A DNA stretch of 63,088 nucleotides, filler included, from Thelocarpon superellum (GCA_026025795.1; 4 parts of 4 records of this genome joined end to end with filler, not necessarily neighbours in it); one strand, 5' to 3'. Shown: positions 34,667-48,158, counted from the first letter of the whole stretch. Numbers and translations are program-made. The notes: generated by a model not told the origin, from the sequence alone.

Positions 34667-35986
34667 ATGAGAGGGTTCACCCTCGCATGGGCACTGCTGT
34701 GCTGTCTTGTGCCATTGGTTGCTGGCTGGAGCAAGGAAGGTCCGGCCTCTCGCGCGCGCGCTCGTCCTGGGTCTCACTGACGAGCATTAGATCACGAAAT
34801 CTTCCGGCTACGGGATCAGGTCGAGGGTGCCGAAGGGCCGGGCGTGACATTCTATGGTAGGAGATTGTCGGAGACGGGAGATGATTGCAGGATTGACTCA
34901 TGGGGACAGAACTTCTCGGCATCGGCGCGTCCGCGAATCAAGAGGACATCAACAAGGCCTACCGGAGCAAGTCGAAGTTGTCGCACCCGGACAAGGTCAA
35001 GCAGTCTTTCCTGGCCAAGAGCCGCAAGGCCCAGGAGAAGAAGAAAGGAGGAGTCCAGAGCCCCTCCAAGACAGAGATCGACCGCGCCGTGCGAGAAGCC
35101 AGCGAACGTTTCAAGCGGCTCGGCTTGGTCACCACCATCTTGCGCGGTCCTGGGCGCGAGCGGTATGATCACTTTCTCAGCAATGGCTTCCCGCGCTGGC
35201 GGGGCACCGGCTACTACTACGCGCGCTTCCGGCCTGGACTCGGGTCGGTGCTGCTGGGTCTGTTCATTGTCGGCGGTGGTGGCGCCCACTACGGCGCGCT
35301 GTACCTGAGCTGGCAGCGACAGCGCGAATTCGTCGATCGCTATATTCGTCACGCGCGGCGTACGGCGTGGGGGGATGAGCTCGGGATCAAAGGCATCCCT
35401 GGCGTGGGAGGCACCAGCACGCCACCCACGACGGGGGCCGAGAAATCGGACTCGGCCGCAGCCGGGCTCAATCGGCGACAGCGCCGACTACAGGAGAAGG
35501 AGAGTAAGCGGAGCAAGCCGACCCGGGAGGTGGCCAGTGCCCCGAGCGAGATGGTATCGACGGTGACCGGACCGACCGGGGAGAAGAAGCGAGTGACGGC
35601 GGAGAACGGAAAGGTGCTGATCGTCGACTCGCTCGGGCACGTCTTCATGGAGCAGGAGAACGAGGAGGGCGAGGTGCAGGAATACCTGCTAGATGTGAGT
35701 TCGAAAGAGCAACCGGGCCGCCGGAGCTGACGCCATCCAGGTCAACGAGATTCCCAAGCCCACCATTCGCGACACCGTCCTCTACCGCCTGCCCGCGTGG
35801 GTCGCCGGGCAAACTGTCGGCCGCGTGGTGCGATACGCGCGGGGCGAGACCGATGAAGCGCCCATGGAGAGCGACGACGAGTCCGATACGGGAAGCGATG
35901 AAGCCGCGCCAAAGGCTAAAGCGGCCACGACCGTCGACGCGCCGGCACGACGGCGGGGTAAAAAGCACGGGCGAGGACGATCCTGA
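34667..35986 (+). CDS. ERJ5: ER membrane J-domain protein (Erj5/DNAJC1-like), 4 exons
   Basis: Signal peptide then WSKE|DHEIFRL, HPDK motif, RERYDHFLSNGFPRWRGTGYYYARFRPG, TM segment. Confidence 0.85.
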
Positions 35987-36230
35987 CCTGGTACGCCATC
36001 GGGCCGAGGCTCCTTATGCATGCTCGGAGCGTCGGGATGTGGGAACACCAGAGAAGAAGACGATCATATTGTTCCGATTTGCGCGGGGTCCGTGGCGCCA
36101 CACTAGATAGCGACCTTAAGATAGCGACATGTACAGTACACGATCTGCAGACGGCCGTGATGCGTGCTGGTCCTCGAATCATCAGTCCCGCGTCGAATCC
36201 AATTAACCCTCCTGGCCAGGATTCAGCCGT

Positions 36231-36716
36231 TCACATAAAGGCTTGCGCGATCTTCATCAGGCCCTGCACGCCTCCGCCGCCGGCCAAGGCACCAAGCCCA
36301 CCACTCGACCCACCAGAATAGCTGCTGCCGCCTGATCGATGCCACATTAGCCAATGCGTGGGATCACGGAATGCCCAGCTGCCGTCGACTGGCGGCGACT
36401 CACCTCGTCCACCACCAAAGAGTCCCGGCGGCATTCGAATGCCGAACCGGCGGAGCACGCCCGTCAAGGCACCGCCGGTGAGCAGCGGCATGATGACCAT
36501 CATGACGACGCGCATGGGGTTGCGGCGGGCGTAGGCAATGAGATCACGCATGAAGCGTCGCATCTGGTAGATGATCCGCTGGATGAAGCCATCGCGGGGC
36601 CGCCGTCGAGATGACGAAGAGGAGTAGGTGGATGACGGGCGATAGTAGGCGGAGGAGGAATGTCGGCGCGAGGAAGAGTGCGAGTGCGACGATTGCGATG
36701 GCGTGAACAAGCCCAT
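36231..36716 (-). CDS. Small conserved fungal Gly/Ser-rich hypothetical protein; intron 36332-36403
   Basis: MGLFTPS...RPRDGFIQR...ARRNPMRVVMMVIMPLLTGGAL...LMKIAQAFM; GTGAGT..GCTAAT..CAG intron. Confidence 0.75.
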   Translation of the reverse strand: MGLFTPSQSSHSHSSSRRHSSSAYYRPSSTYSSSSSRRRPRDGFIQRIIYQMRRFMRDLIAYARRNPMRVVMMVIMPLLTGGALTGVLRRFGIRMPPGLFGGGRGESPPVDGSWAFRDPTHWLMWHRSGGSSYSGGSSGGLGALAGGGGVQGLMKIAQAFM

Positions 36717-37566
36717 TGTGACCAACGTATATCGTTCACGGCTCCGAGACAGGACAGACACCAGTGAGGTCGAGTGCGAGGGAGCTGTGGAGATGGAGGA
36801 AAGGTGTTGGGGACGCCGCCATCTCGCACCGCTAGGGAGGGGGCTGGGGCCGCTCTCGACATGCGGTGGCCCCCGGTCCGCCACAAGCGAGGCTTTGCAT
36901 CGCTGAGCCAATGATCGGCGACATCCTCTGGAGCAGCGGATGCCATCCAAGGCTCACGAAGGTATTCGTACGAAGTACCTCGGACGGAGCGATCACACTC
37001 ACATTCGCTCAGGCAAAAGTCCCGCGGGGGCTTACATCTCGACAGAGGTCGACGGCATTATTCTCCATGGATGGGTAGCCTGCCCGAGGATGAGGTGGGC
37101 GTCGCCAAGGGTACCCCGTAGAGCGACCCGGAGAGCTGGGTGGCTACCAGCCACGCGTTGGGCATTCATACAGGTGCCATTGAACGAAAATCAGCGGAGC
37201 TTTCCATCATGCCCGCGTCCCGTGTTTCTACGTCCACGTTTGGAGCAAGGTTGGAGCAAGATCTCGAGGAAGATGCAAGTTCGGGGACCTAATACTATGT
37301 TACTAGTAGTAAGCGCGTTGGTACGATAGAATCAGGTTTGGTCCCGCAATTGGTCGTGACGCGGTCACATGTGCGCTATGAGCGACGACCCCATACAACC
37401 GGGTCATCGTGGCGTAGTGAAGTTATCGCCCACCTGATAGGCAGCTCTCCCGACCCTGATCATCAACTACAAGGATTGCAGGCCAACTTCTGGCAACGCA
37501 CCCTATCTCATACTCGTATTTCTCATTCCCTACCATATACATCGTGTGACACGGTTCGATCCTGAG

Positions 37567-38399
37567 ATGTCTGGTAGGGTCCCGCGTCCCACATTCCCGC
37601 TGCGTTCCCCGCTGACTTGTGTACCAAAGCTCCCCCGGTCGATTACTGTAGGTCCCGTGGATGGCGAGACGCTTCCTGGTGAAATGCTGATGAGCGCCAG
37701 ATGCCACCCTCGAGATTACCTCGACCGCCTCACAGCAGGAGATTCGCGAAGCCTACAAGAAGTCGGTCGAGCCTCCTTTATGGCCGTGGCCACGACTGAC
37801 GCGCGACTAGGGCGGCACTCAAGTCGCATCCAGACCGAGTCCCGACGGACTCTCCCGAGCGGCCAGCCCGGACGCGGCGCTTCCAGCAAATCAACGATGC
37901 CTACTTTACCCTCTCCGATCCGGGGCGCCGACGCGATTATGATGCCGCACGCGCCTTTCACGGCTTCGGGACACGGCCCGGCGACGAGGCCGGCGCGTCG
38001 GAGCCGCAACCGGCGCCGGCCGGCGGCTCCTTCCCTTGGTCGTCCTTTGGCTTCGGTCGGGCGAGCAAGGAGGAGGGCGAACAGCACGCCAACGAGCAGT
38101 TTGGTTCGGTCTTTGAAGAGATGCTACGCGAGGAAGGCATGGCCGAGGGCGAGCACGCGCAGCCGACGGGCAAATTCTGGTCCATCGTCGGCGGCCTGAG
38201 CGGTGGAGCGCTCGGTTTCATCGTCGCCAACGTGCCGGGCGCGCTGGCCGGAGCCGTGGCGGGGAACCGCCTCGGAGCGATCCGGGATGCCAAGGGGCGC
38301 AGCGTGTATGCCGTCTTCCAGGAACTGCCTCAGGGTGATAAGGCACGGCTACTGAGCGAGCTGGCGGCAAAAGTCTTCGCGCAGGCCGTGGGCTCCTGA
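37567..38399 (+). CDS. DnaJ-domain protein with glycine-zipper C-terminus, 4 exons
   Basis: Spliced MSAPPVDYYATLEI...AYKKAALKSHPDR...FQQINDAYFTLSD...GALAGAVAGNRLGAIRDAKG. Confidence 0.9.
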
Positions 38400-40113
38400 T
38401 GACCGTGCGCCGTGCCCGCCGTCCTGGGGTCGGGACCTCCGGCACGTTCGACGGCGGGCCCAGAACCGTCGATCGGGACCAGCCGTCGACATCCGTGGGA
38501 AAGTCTCCGGAGACGCGGGGACTCCGGTCGGAAAAACCGGGTCATGGGAGGCGCTCTTCCAGGACCCGTCCTCAGGCCGGATCCCCTTCGCATTCGACGA
38601 TCGGGAGCGCCGCACGGATCATGGTAGCACGGACCATGCTGACACCACGATTCAGCATCCGTGACGTGGGCTGCGATATGAGCCGGGTCGACAGGGAAGG
38701 ATCTGCCGTGGCGGTGTCGCTTTGGTTAAGGTTCAGGCGGGTGTCAGTGGAAGCTCGTCGTTGCAAACTGGACGGTGGCGTCGGGTTGACCAGCATCCTG
38801 GTCGTCACCGCCGTTGCACTCGTCATCATCACCCGAGGCTGCCTCCGCCGCGAAAAGAGGTATCCGGTGCAGCATGGCTTGGGGAGATTGCGGCCCATGG
38901 CCAGCTGGCATGGATTGTAGTAAACTTCATGCCTGAGTGCCTGCGATTCCTGGTCGAGGGTGAAGGGAGACGCACCTCTTGACCGTGACCAATAGTGAAA
39001 ATCTCATGGTGGTTTCCAGGTGTGGTAGCCCGTTCCAATCCTTCCATGCATGCAGCGCAGGGTTGGTGCCTGTCGCGCGGATTTTAACTTCATCGTGCGG
39101 TGGAATGGTTACGATGGTGGCATGTGCTTCCTCACCCTTATCTCCTTCAGCCGCGTCGGTCGCGCCTCTCAACAGATCCGAGTTTGGCTGGCCAGGATAA
39201 AGAGATTGCCCGTGAAGGTCGATGCAACGTTGCAACGTCGCAGGCGCGCACCTATATACCGTCCTGCTCTTGCCCTGATCTTCGTAGAACAAGACTGCTG
39301 CTTACTAGATCAATGAGTCCGTAATGCACCGGGGACAGACGGATGTGGCTCGTCCATCGCCAGACCTCCCATTACCGACCCACCGCGTCCTGTGACCTGA
39401 ATCCACCGTGCACGACCTCTCTACGACGACGCGTCGGCATGCAGCGGTCCGGCGCGGCCGACCTCGAAGAAGGCGCTGGCCAGCCACTTGCGTCCTCGTC
39501 GTCGGCCTCTGCCTCATCGGACTGCCGGGCCAGATCGGCGCCCTTCCCATCCCACCACTCCCGGACACGACTGAACTGTCCCCGGACACGACCGGAATGC
39601 CCCCGGACACCCGTCCGCTCACCGACGCCGAGAAGGTGGCCCTGGGCTTCATCACGCCCATTAAGCTCATCCCGCTCGATGCACATGTGGCAGAAGCCCT
39701 CCCTACCAACCTGACCGCAGTCAAGGACATCGCTTGCCTGAACGATACCGACTCGTCGACCATCACGTGCGTCAACACGACGACCGGCGGGGTGCTCTCG
39801 TTTCGGTGACGGGTCTCTGCGAGCGGCGTCGCCATGCTTGCATTGATGCGACTCCGACTCCTTCGACATACGCATCGTGATGGATTACCGGCATCCCGTC
39901 GATGACGGAGGGAGCTTGCCAAGGGTTGAACGGGAGCACTTTGGATGTGCATCTATCCCGCTCCATCTGATGTTGCGACTCATAAAGACCGGCAATCCTT
40001 CCACTACCTGCGACAGGGGCGACAGGGGCGACTCAGGCTATGCTAATTCGCTGTGCGTGCAATACCCTGCAACATGGTGAGGGGTTAGGGATTCCTGTCT
40101 CTAAACATAACCT

Positions 40114-40202
40114 TGTAGGAGCGCGCACGTGATCTGGTCACGTGAATTCCTATTACTATCCCAGACTACGCGTAGATTAGCAATTCAGCTCTGATTCCTG
40201 CA
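40114..40202 (+). mobile_element. 89-bp TG..CA mini-element (solo-LTR/MITE-like), copy 1
   Basis: TGTAGGA...TCCTGCA termini, 4-bp TSD ACCT/ACCT, near-identical inverted copy at 47791-47880. Confidence 0.85.
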
Positions 40203-40715
40203 ACCTGTAATTTCTCTCGACCGGCTTCAGCCGCTCATGACATAGACACGAGGGATCTGGATAAACGCACCCCCTTGAGTTCACTTGAAATACGTGCGTG
40301 TTTTCGAGAGTCAGTTGTGAGTCATGGAGGTTCCTTGGAAAGGTCCAGGTTCAAAGAACACCAACAGCGACATGAATCGTTTTCGATGAATCCTAGCTGT
40401 GCTTTCCTTCGTACTGTGGTTCACAAGCAGACCGTTGGTGCCCGAGCGAATTCCATTGGTACTCCACGTGGACGTGAAACGGTCGCCCGCTGCGGGGGAG
40501 CTGCCACGGAGTAATTTGCTCGACGCTGATTGGAGGATGACGTCACGGCACGTACAAGTATCACTCACCCCGATCCCGGTCAACACCGGCCAAAAATCTG
40601 GTTTGAGGAGGCACAGGCCATTTCAGGTCTCGGTCGACGTCGTTTGAGTCGTGACATTGATCCTTCTAGAGGCACGACATCGACCGCGAGCGTCTGCAGA
40701 CCATCCACTCCAACC

Positions 40716-43700
40716 ATGACGATCTTTGTCGTCTCCCTGTGAGTTCTCGCCGGCTCGTGCTCCCTACTTACCTTCGGGTTGGTAGCAAACGACCACTAAC
40801 CTAGCCAACAACCAACGACCAACGGCCAACGACCAACGGCCAACGACCAACCAAAGGCTGATGGAATGACCCTCTAGGTTCCTACCCTATACCGTCCACT
40901 TCAATGTGCCCGGGCCCCCGCGACGGCCCAGTCCCCCGCGACGACAATCGACGCTCACCCGACAAGCGTCGCGAGATGGCAGCGCCCGCGTGCCGAGCCT
41001 CTTCGACACCCCACGTCGTCTCGGCACGACGGGGCCGACCCCGCCGCTGACGCCCACCCCGGGAGACGTGGACGATCCATTTGCGCAGCCGCCTCCACCG
41101 GTCGCGGAGAATTCGACATCTCGACTCCAGGAACTCAGCACGATCGCGCGCAGCGACCCACACTCGCCCCGCTGGGGCAGCGCCGACGTCTTTTTCCAGC
41201 CGCCGTCACGGGCCGGACCTCCGCCGCCGCCCTCGATCCTGAAACATACCAAGGTCGTCGACAAGCTCGGCCGATGGAAAGAGGGCGCGCAGGAGACCCT
41301 TCAGGACCGGTCCCCCCGTGACCGCAGTCACGATCGGCTCTTTGCCGACGCGGAGTGGTCCGTCGTGCCCGCCGAGCAAGGCAATGGCGGGCTTCGGAAT
41401 GCGATCGAGGCCGCGACGAATGACGGCTCGCCGCATGAGCGGACCTGGGTGGGGACGCTGGGAATGCCGACCGACGCCCTCTCCGAGGAGCGCAAGAAGG
41501 ACATCCAGAACGCGCTCGAGAATGAGCACGACGCGATGACGGTGTGGTGCAAGGACAGCGACTTTGACGGCCACTACAATCACTACAGCAAGCAGATCTT
41601 GTGGCCCGTCTTCCATTATCAGATCCCCGACAACCCCAAGAGCAAGGCGTACGAGGATCATTCCTGGGTCTACTACGTCAAGGTGAATCAGGCATTCGCC
41701 GACAAGGTGGTGCGCAACTACAAGCGGGGCGACATCATCTGGATCCATGACTATCACCTCCTGCTGGTGCCGTCGATGATCCGGCAACGCCTCCCCAACG
41801 CCAAGATTGGCTTCTTCCTGCACGTTGCCTTCCCCTCGTCCGAGGTGTTTCGTTGCCTGGCGGTGCGCAAGGAGCTGCTCGAAGGACTCCTGGGTTGCAA
41901 TCTGATCGGCTTCCAAACGGAGGAGTACTGCCGCCACTTTCTGCAGACCTGCAGTCGCCTGCTCTGCGTCGAGGCCACCAACGAAGGGGTCCAGCTGGAG
42001 GACCGCTTCATCAGCGTCATCAACCTGGCCATCGGCATCGACCCAGACTCGCTCCGTCGGGCGCGTGAGGACCCGGCCGTGGCGGAATGGGTGCGGGTCA
42101 TGCGCGAGCGCTACCAGGGCAAGCGTCTCATCGTCGCCCGGGACAAGCTCGACCATGTGCGCGGCGTGCGTCAGAAGCTTCTGGCGTACGAACTCTTCCT
42201 GAACAAGTATCCCCAATGGAAGGATCAGGTGGGCCATACCCCTCTCCATGCCCGACCATCGCGGCTGCCGCCCCGGTGCTGACCAGGCGCCAGACCGTCT
42301 TGATCCAAGTGGCCACGTCGACGACGGAGCAGGCGGAGCTCGATGCGACGGTGAGCGACATCGTCACCCGGGTCAACTCCAGCCACGCCTCGCTCGCCCA
42401 TCAGCCGCTCGTCTTTCTCAAGCAGGACATCAGCTTCCCGCAATACCTCGCCATGCTCACCGTCGCCGATGCCCTCATGATCACCAGCCTGCGCGAGGGC
42501 ATGAACCTGACCAGCCACGAGTTCGTCTTCTGCCAGGACGGCCAGGACGGGGGACCACGGCACGGCTGCCTCATCCTGAGCGAATTCACGGGAAGCACGT
42601 CGGTCTTTGGTGGGGCGGAGCTCGCGGTCAATCCTTACGACGCCAAACAGTGTGCGGATGCCATCCGCATCGCGCTGGAGATGAGCGCGGACGAGCGCGC
42701 GCGGCGGTGGCGACTGCTCCACGACGTCGTCACGCACCGCACGGCGGCCTACTGGGTCCACACCTTCATCGAACGTCTGTCCCAAGTGTATGAGGAGCAG
42801 CAGGCGCGCGAGACCGTGGCGATCCCGCGCCTCTCGATCAACGCCCTGGCCGCCTCCTTTCGCGAGTCCAACCGGCGGCTCTTCTTCCTCGACTATGAGG
42901 GGACGCTGGCGTCGTGGGGGAACCCGTCCAGCATCATATTGACGAGTCCTCAACGCGTGCTGGACGTCCTCAACGACCTCCTGTTGGATCGACGCAACGG
43001 GGCCTACGTGATGAGCGCCCGCACGCCCGAGGAGCTCGAGCGCCTGTTCCGTCGGGTGCCGGGGCTGGGCTTGATCGCGGAGAACGGCTGCTTCTTGCGA
43101 CCGGCGGGGGCGGAGGCGTGGACGGCGTTGGCCGACCCGGCACAGGTGACGACATGGAAGCAAAGCGTGCTGCGCATCCTGGAATATTACCGCGAGCGGC
43201 TGGTGGGCAGCCGGGTCGAAGAGCGACATTGCTCGCTGATCTTCCACTACGAAGACGCCGAGGACCAGACGGCGGCGGCCCGACAGGCCGGCGACTGTGC
43301 CAACCACATCAATGACGCCTGTGAGGCGCAGCGCGTCCGGGCCATTCCCGTCGACCATGCCGTCCTCGTCGAGCCGATCGACTGGAGCAAGGCGACGGCG
43401 GCCCGCCACGTCTTCGAGCGTCTCACGTCGGCGGCCGCGGACGGGACCACACCCGCGCCGCCCGACTTCCTGATGGTGGCCGGAGACGACCGCGAGGACG
43501 AGACCATCTTCCGCTGGGCCAACCAGCTCGACGCCGACGGTGTGGTGCCGAAGGTGACGACGGTGAGCGTCGGGTCGCGGAGCACGCAGGCCATGGCCAC
43601 CCTGACGCAAGGTGTCACCGGTGAGCTCCCTTTCCCCGAAGCCGACCACCTTTGCCGCTGTCTCGCTGATCATCTTGGCTACCAGGGATGTTGTCGGCCC

Positions 43701-43735
43701 TCCAGAAGCTTGCGGCGTTGTCGGGCACCGCCTAA
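40716..43735 (+). CDS. TPS3: Trehalose-6-phosphate synthase/phosphatase complex regulatory subunit (Tps3/Tsl1/TslA-like), 4 exons
   Basis: MTIFVVSL|FLPYTVHF; GT20 motifs WIHDYHLLLVP, GFFLHVAFPSSEVFRCL, SLREGMNL; phosphatase motif is DYEGT rather than DYDGT. Confidence 0.9.
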
Positions 43736-45061
43736 CATGCAGTCTCGCATCCCACAAGATCACTCCCTGTTTGTATGAGCCTCTCCATCGGGGGCCAGAT
43801 CGGCATCCACGGCGTTGCTTTGGCTACGGGTGCATCTCGAAATCGTTGGCTGCCCCGCGTTGCCGTCATCTTCGTAGCCGTTTGGTGACTCCTCCTGTCC
43901 CCCGTGCCGCGGCCTTTGGAGCTAGCCAGCTGCGTCGTAGTCGCGCGGAGACGAGTGAATCCTACATACTAGTAGTAGTAGTAGTAGTCTGTTAAGATAT
44001 GTCAGAATCGACTCGAGGCCACATGTGACGCGAGTCACGTGATCTTGCATAAGCGGTACCTGAGGCGAAGGCGGAGGATGACGCAGTCTGACGTAGAGAG
44101 ACGTGGCGTCGTCGTAGTACGATAACTACTAGTACACGTATGCATGTAACAAGCAGAGCCAGGCACTGAAACAATTGATGAAACCGAGCCTCTGACGTCG
44201 CCAAGTCCATGCGTGCGACGAACGAAGATGCCGCGGAGTCGTGGCGACGTAGGACCACGGCCGACGCACGCTTCGGTGGTGGTGGTGCGTGGCGGAGAGC
44301 AGTGAAAGAGAGTTTCCGGGCTGGCGTGGAGGGTGGCGCGCGCATTACCCCACATTTCCACGCTGCAGAGCGTCTGGAACTGACGAGCCTGCGCCGGCTC
44401 GGTGCTCCCTCTCAGCTAACCACCAGCTAGTGACTGGTGGTGCTCGCTTGAGCTGCACACCCTCGACCGCACGCTGGACGCTCATTGGCCCAACCAAACA
44501 TGACCCTCGTCCGGGGCATGAGTTGAGGGTCGCCCGAGCACGATGGCACGCAACCTCCTGCCCCCCCCCGAAGTTCGCTGCCCATCCGATCCGGGCTCGC
44601 CGTGCGTTGAACATTCCTTCCATCTTACGTATCTCCTTCGCGCGTCTCTCCATTCTCAGCGTGTGCCCAGACGCGCGCGCGGACACCTGCATTGCTCTGC
44701 GACAAGTCGGCCGCGCAACCACGGTACTCTGAGGTCATCGCCGATCTGCTGACTCACCGCAGCGCTCGTGTCAGCCCGGCGTCCCACTCCCAGGTCCACT
44801 TACCCACCCACGACTCATCTTCGCTCGCTGAGCTTCCGACCCTTCGCCGCACCTCCTCGTCCCCGCCAGCCGTGTTCTTTACTCTCCCCTACCTCACTGC
44901 ACCTCGCACGCAACGCCAATCCCGCTCCTCACTGCTGCCTCGTTCTGCCACGCAGACCTACGACCCGGTGATCGGGCTAGGATCTGTCGACCGAACCGAC
45001 CCCACAAATCTCACGAGAAACACACAGTCCTGGTTGACTGCTCCTCGACACGCCTATCACG

Positions 45062-45842
45062 ATGCCCAGCGAACCGACACCCCCGCCGAGCCCATCGACC
45101 TCGTCCTACCGCCGACGAGCCTCCTTCTCACCGGGGCAGACCTTCTCGGGCATCTTCAACCGCTCTCCCTCCAGCACGACGGCGACCTCTCCTTTCCCCG
45201 GCTCCATTGCGACGGCGGCCGTGAATGCGCAGAACCGTCGCCGCATGTCCATCACGACGCTCGGACTGTCCGGGTCTTCGTCGACGCAGACGTCGCCCTT
45301 TGGCTCCGCCACCTCCCGCCGCGAGAGCATCTCGAGCGCGGGTTCCCCAGGCTCGGCCCTCGACGAGAACGTCATCGAGGAAGGCGACGGCGCAGCGCCC
45401 TCGGTGGCGCCCAATGCAGCCTTTGCCCGACGGATGAGCTTCGGTGCCCGCGCGCTGCGTGACGTGCGTACCGGCGGGCCAAATGGCGTCAATGGTAAGT
45501 TTGTCACGGTCGGACTCGCTCCCGATAAGACACGATCGGGAGTGTCCTATCGCAGGCGTTGGCCGCGACACGCCAGGAACCGTGGCTAATCATCGCCCGC
45601 GGTGCTCGACAGGCGAAGGCTTCAGCTGGACCGAATCGCTCCGCTCGCGTGCCGAACGCACCTCGACCGCCGGCCCGAGCACCGCCCACGCCAGCACGCC
45701 CTCCACTGGCCCAGCCGTGCATCAGCGGGCCCAAAGCATCGCCACCGCGCCGCCGCCCGTCGAAGAGATTCCCAAGGCGGCCGCCCGCGTGCCCGACCCC
45801 TTCCAGGAGCGGATCCTGAAGGGCGATTTCTACATGGACTAA
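45062..45842 (+). CDS. Conserved Ser-rich fungal hypothetical protein, 2 exons
   Basis: RRASF, RRMSI, FARRMSFGARALRDV; GTAAGT..GCTAAT..ACAG intron to GEGFSW; ends PDPFQERILKGDFYMD*. Confidence 0.75.
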
Positions 45843-46333
45843 ACCAAGACCGGGCCGGAAGGTCGGTCTTGTTCATCTGCGGGGCGTGGCGTTAGGAGAG
45901 CACGGGTCTGTCGGAGAGCGTACGTCGATGAGACGAGGCCTGTGGCCTGAGGTCTGTGGTCTGTTTGTGGTCTGAGGTCTGCGACCTGTGGTCTGACCTG
46001 GCGTGAAACGTTGAGCCTGATGCTCTGTGTGCTAGCTGCCTGGCTGTGTGGATGTCGAGCTCGAGCAGGATTCATCTTGCTCGCTTCTGTACCATATCTC
46101 TCGTTCTCTCTCTTGCTCGCACGCTTCCTCTACGACGACAAGGAAACGAATCGTAAAGGGCTAGGTTTAGCTGGAATCTATCAATCAGTCCCCCACCGGA
46201 CCGTTCATCGAGTATCCTGGATCTCTTCGTTTCGTCTATGGTGCATGTCTGGAACGAGCCGACTGATATTCATCGTATCTCACGTCGTTACCAATCGTCT
46301 CTCGATGCGCGGCCCCACGACCTCAACTCGAGA

Positions 46334-47210
46334 TTACGCCTTGAGAACCGCGCCACCCGCCCGCGTCTGTTCCTTGCGTACTCGTCGCGCTTCTCGCCGC
46401 GTCCTTCGCTCCAGCTTGCGCTGTTTCCGGGCCGCCTTGTCCACTGCGAGAGGTCGCTCGACCCGTGTTTCAGGGTCATCTTGCTTGCGCTTCTTCGATT
46501 TGTTGCCCCGTTTGGGGTCTTCCGCGGGTGTCTTGGTCGGTTGCTCCCCTCTGTCGCTCTCTTTCGTCTTCTTGGTCCTCTTTTTCTTCTTCTGTTGTTT
46601 CATCGTTGTCGTCGTCTCTGGTGAGGCGTCTTCTGTCGAGGTGGACGTCTCAGTCGCGGGCCTTGCTTCCCCGCCGTTCCGTGCAAGCTCTCGGAGGCGT
46701 GCCTCCTCGGCGTCCTTGAGCTCCTGAATCTTGTTTCCCACCAACATCCCACCCCGGACGAAGGTCATGGTCCCGAAGCGTTGCTCGATGTACGAGCGCC
46801 GGGTCACCTCGGCGCGTGCCTCCTGCTTCCGTTCAATCTCCTCCCCGGATTTCCCGCTCAATCGGTCCAGAATGCTCTCAAAGGCACTCAGCCCGGTGGC
46901 GGCCCGTTCAGCGTGTCCCCTGCCCACCTTCGCTCCCAGTCCGAGGTTGTCATCTTTCAACGCGACACGAATGTAGGTCTGGCTGGCGGCGGAATGATGT
47001 TCTGCGTGCGGGGCGTCGGTGAGGCCGAGAAGGCCGCCGGGCTTCCATCCCTGCGCGGTCAAGATCTTGTGGCCAAAGGTGTCGGTCGAGCGTGCCCAGT
47101 TGACGTTGTTCGGGTCTTGGGAGATTTTGGTCCGCCTGTAGACAAGAGATGAGCACAGGCTCGGTGGTTGGGAAAGATTGGTCTGACTTGCGCGGTCCAG
47201 CGAGGCCCAT
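46334..47210 (-). CDS. PXR1: G-patch protein Pxr1/Gno1 (PinX1-like), 2 exons
   Basis: MGLAGPRK|RTKISQDPNNVNW...FGHKILTAQGWKPGGLLG...KDDNLGLGA...FVRGG; Lys-rich tail. Confidence 0.92.
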
Positions 47211-47324
47211 CGCCAAGGTCCGGGCACGGTAGAATCGAAAGATGCACGCAGTGGGTCAAGGCACCAGCGTCTCGGCTTGGCTAGCGAGTCTCGCCGATCA
47301 TACCGTCCCGGCCTAGAAGTGGGG

Positions 47325-47424
47325 NNNNNNNNNNNNNNNNNNNNNNNNNNNNNNNNNNNNNNNNNNNNTTAATTAATTAANNNNNNNNNNNNNNNNNNNN
47401 NNNNNNNNNNNNNNNNNNNNNNNN
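47325..47424. other. Artificial contig linker
   Basis: N44-TTAATTAATTAA-N44. Confidence 0.98.
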
Positions 47425-47790
47425 TCCCAACTTTGCCTCTGCACTGGGCCGGACTTAGAGACTCGTAAAACCGCTCGGAGGTTTCGACGTAAGAGAGTAT
47501 CGTCATTGCTTCGGTCGGCGATGTTGCTCGCTTGCAGCATCAGCTGATGGCTTGCCAGCTGACGGCCAGCTAGAGGCCGGGACGACATTGGTCTTCGCGC
47601 CCCGAACGCAGCTACTTAGCTGCGTACGTACTATACCCTCCCCTCTCCGAGAGCGCGCCAGTGGACGTGTGGTCTTTTTTCAATTGGCCGAGGGGATTGC
47701 TTGTCCCCACGGCAAGGACGACCTTTCCAATGAAGTGTATCAGGGCCGGGAAGGAAGGAAGGGATGCGTGCGGTGTACTATGTATCTCAT

Positions 47791-47880
47791 TGTAGGAATC
47801 AGAGCTGAATTGCTAATCTACGCGTAGTCGGGATAGTTATAAGAGTGGGCACGTGACCTGGTCACGTGCGCGCTCCCACA
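47791..47880 (-). mobile_element. 90-bp TG..CA mini-element, copy 2
   Basis: Reverse complement of 40114-40202 with few differences; 4-bp TSD TCAT/TCAT. Confidence 0.85.
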
Positions 47881-48158
47881 TCATCGAATTTCTTAGTCAC
47901 GACTACTTACCCGCTGAATTGTCATTGCTGCCGTCTAGACTCGTAACATGATTGATTTCTGATGGAAGGCGGACCCAACCGGAAGATGCCGGGCACGACG
48001 TAATCCTTAAGCGAGACCGCCTATGCTGACTGACGAAGCAGTTCACAATCGCCTTCAAAGTAATAGAAGGAAGTATGATGATGATCAGCACATGAGGCCG
48101 TTGACCGAGGTAGTCTATGAGACGTGAACACGCAGTGTGCAACAACAGACGGACAAAC

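Noticed and set aside
34667..38399. Two J-domain genes near con-10 and TPS3 as a stress gene cluster
   Set aside because: Unrelated J-protein subfamilies and no shared regulatory evidence; chance proximity in a gene-dense genome is sufficient
42880..42910. DYEGT instead of DYDGT as a novel inactive phosphatase
   Set aside because: Degenerate catalytic motifs are expected in regulatory Tps3/Tsl1-type subunits
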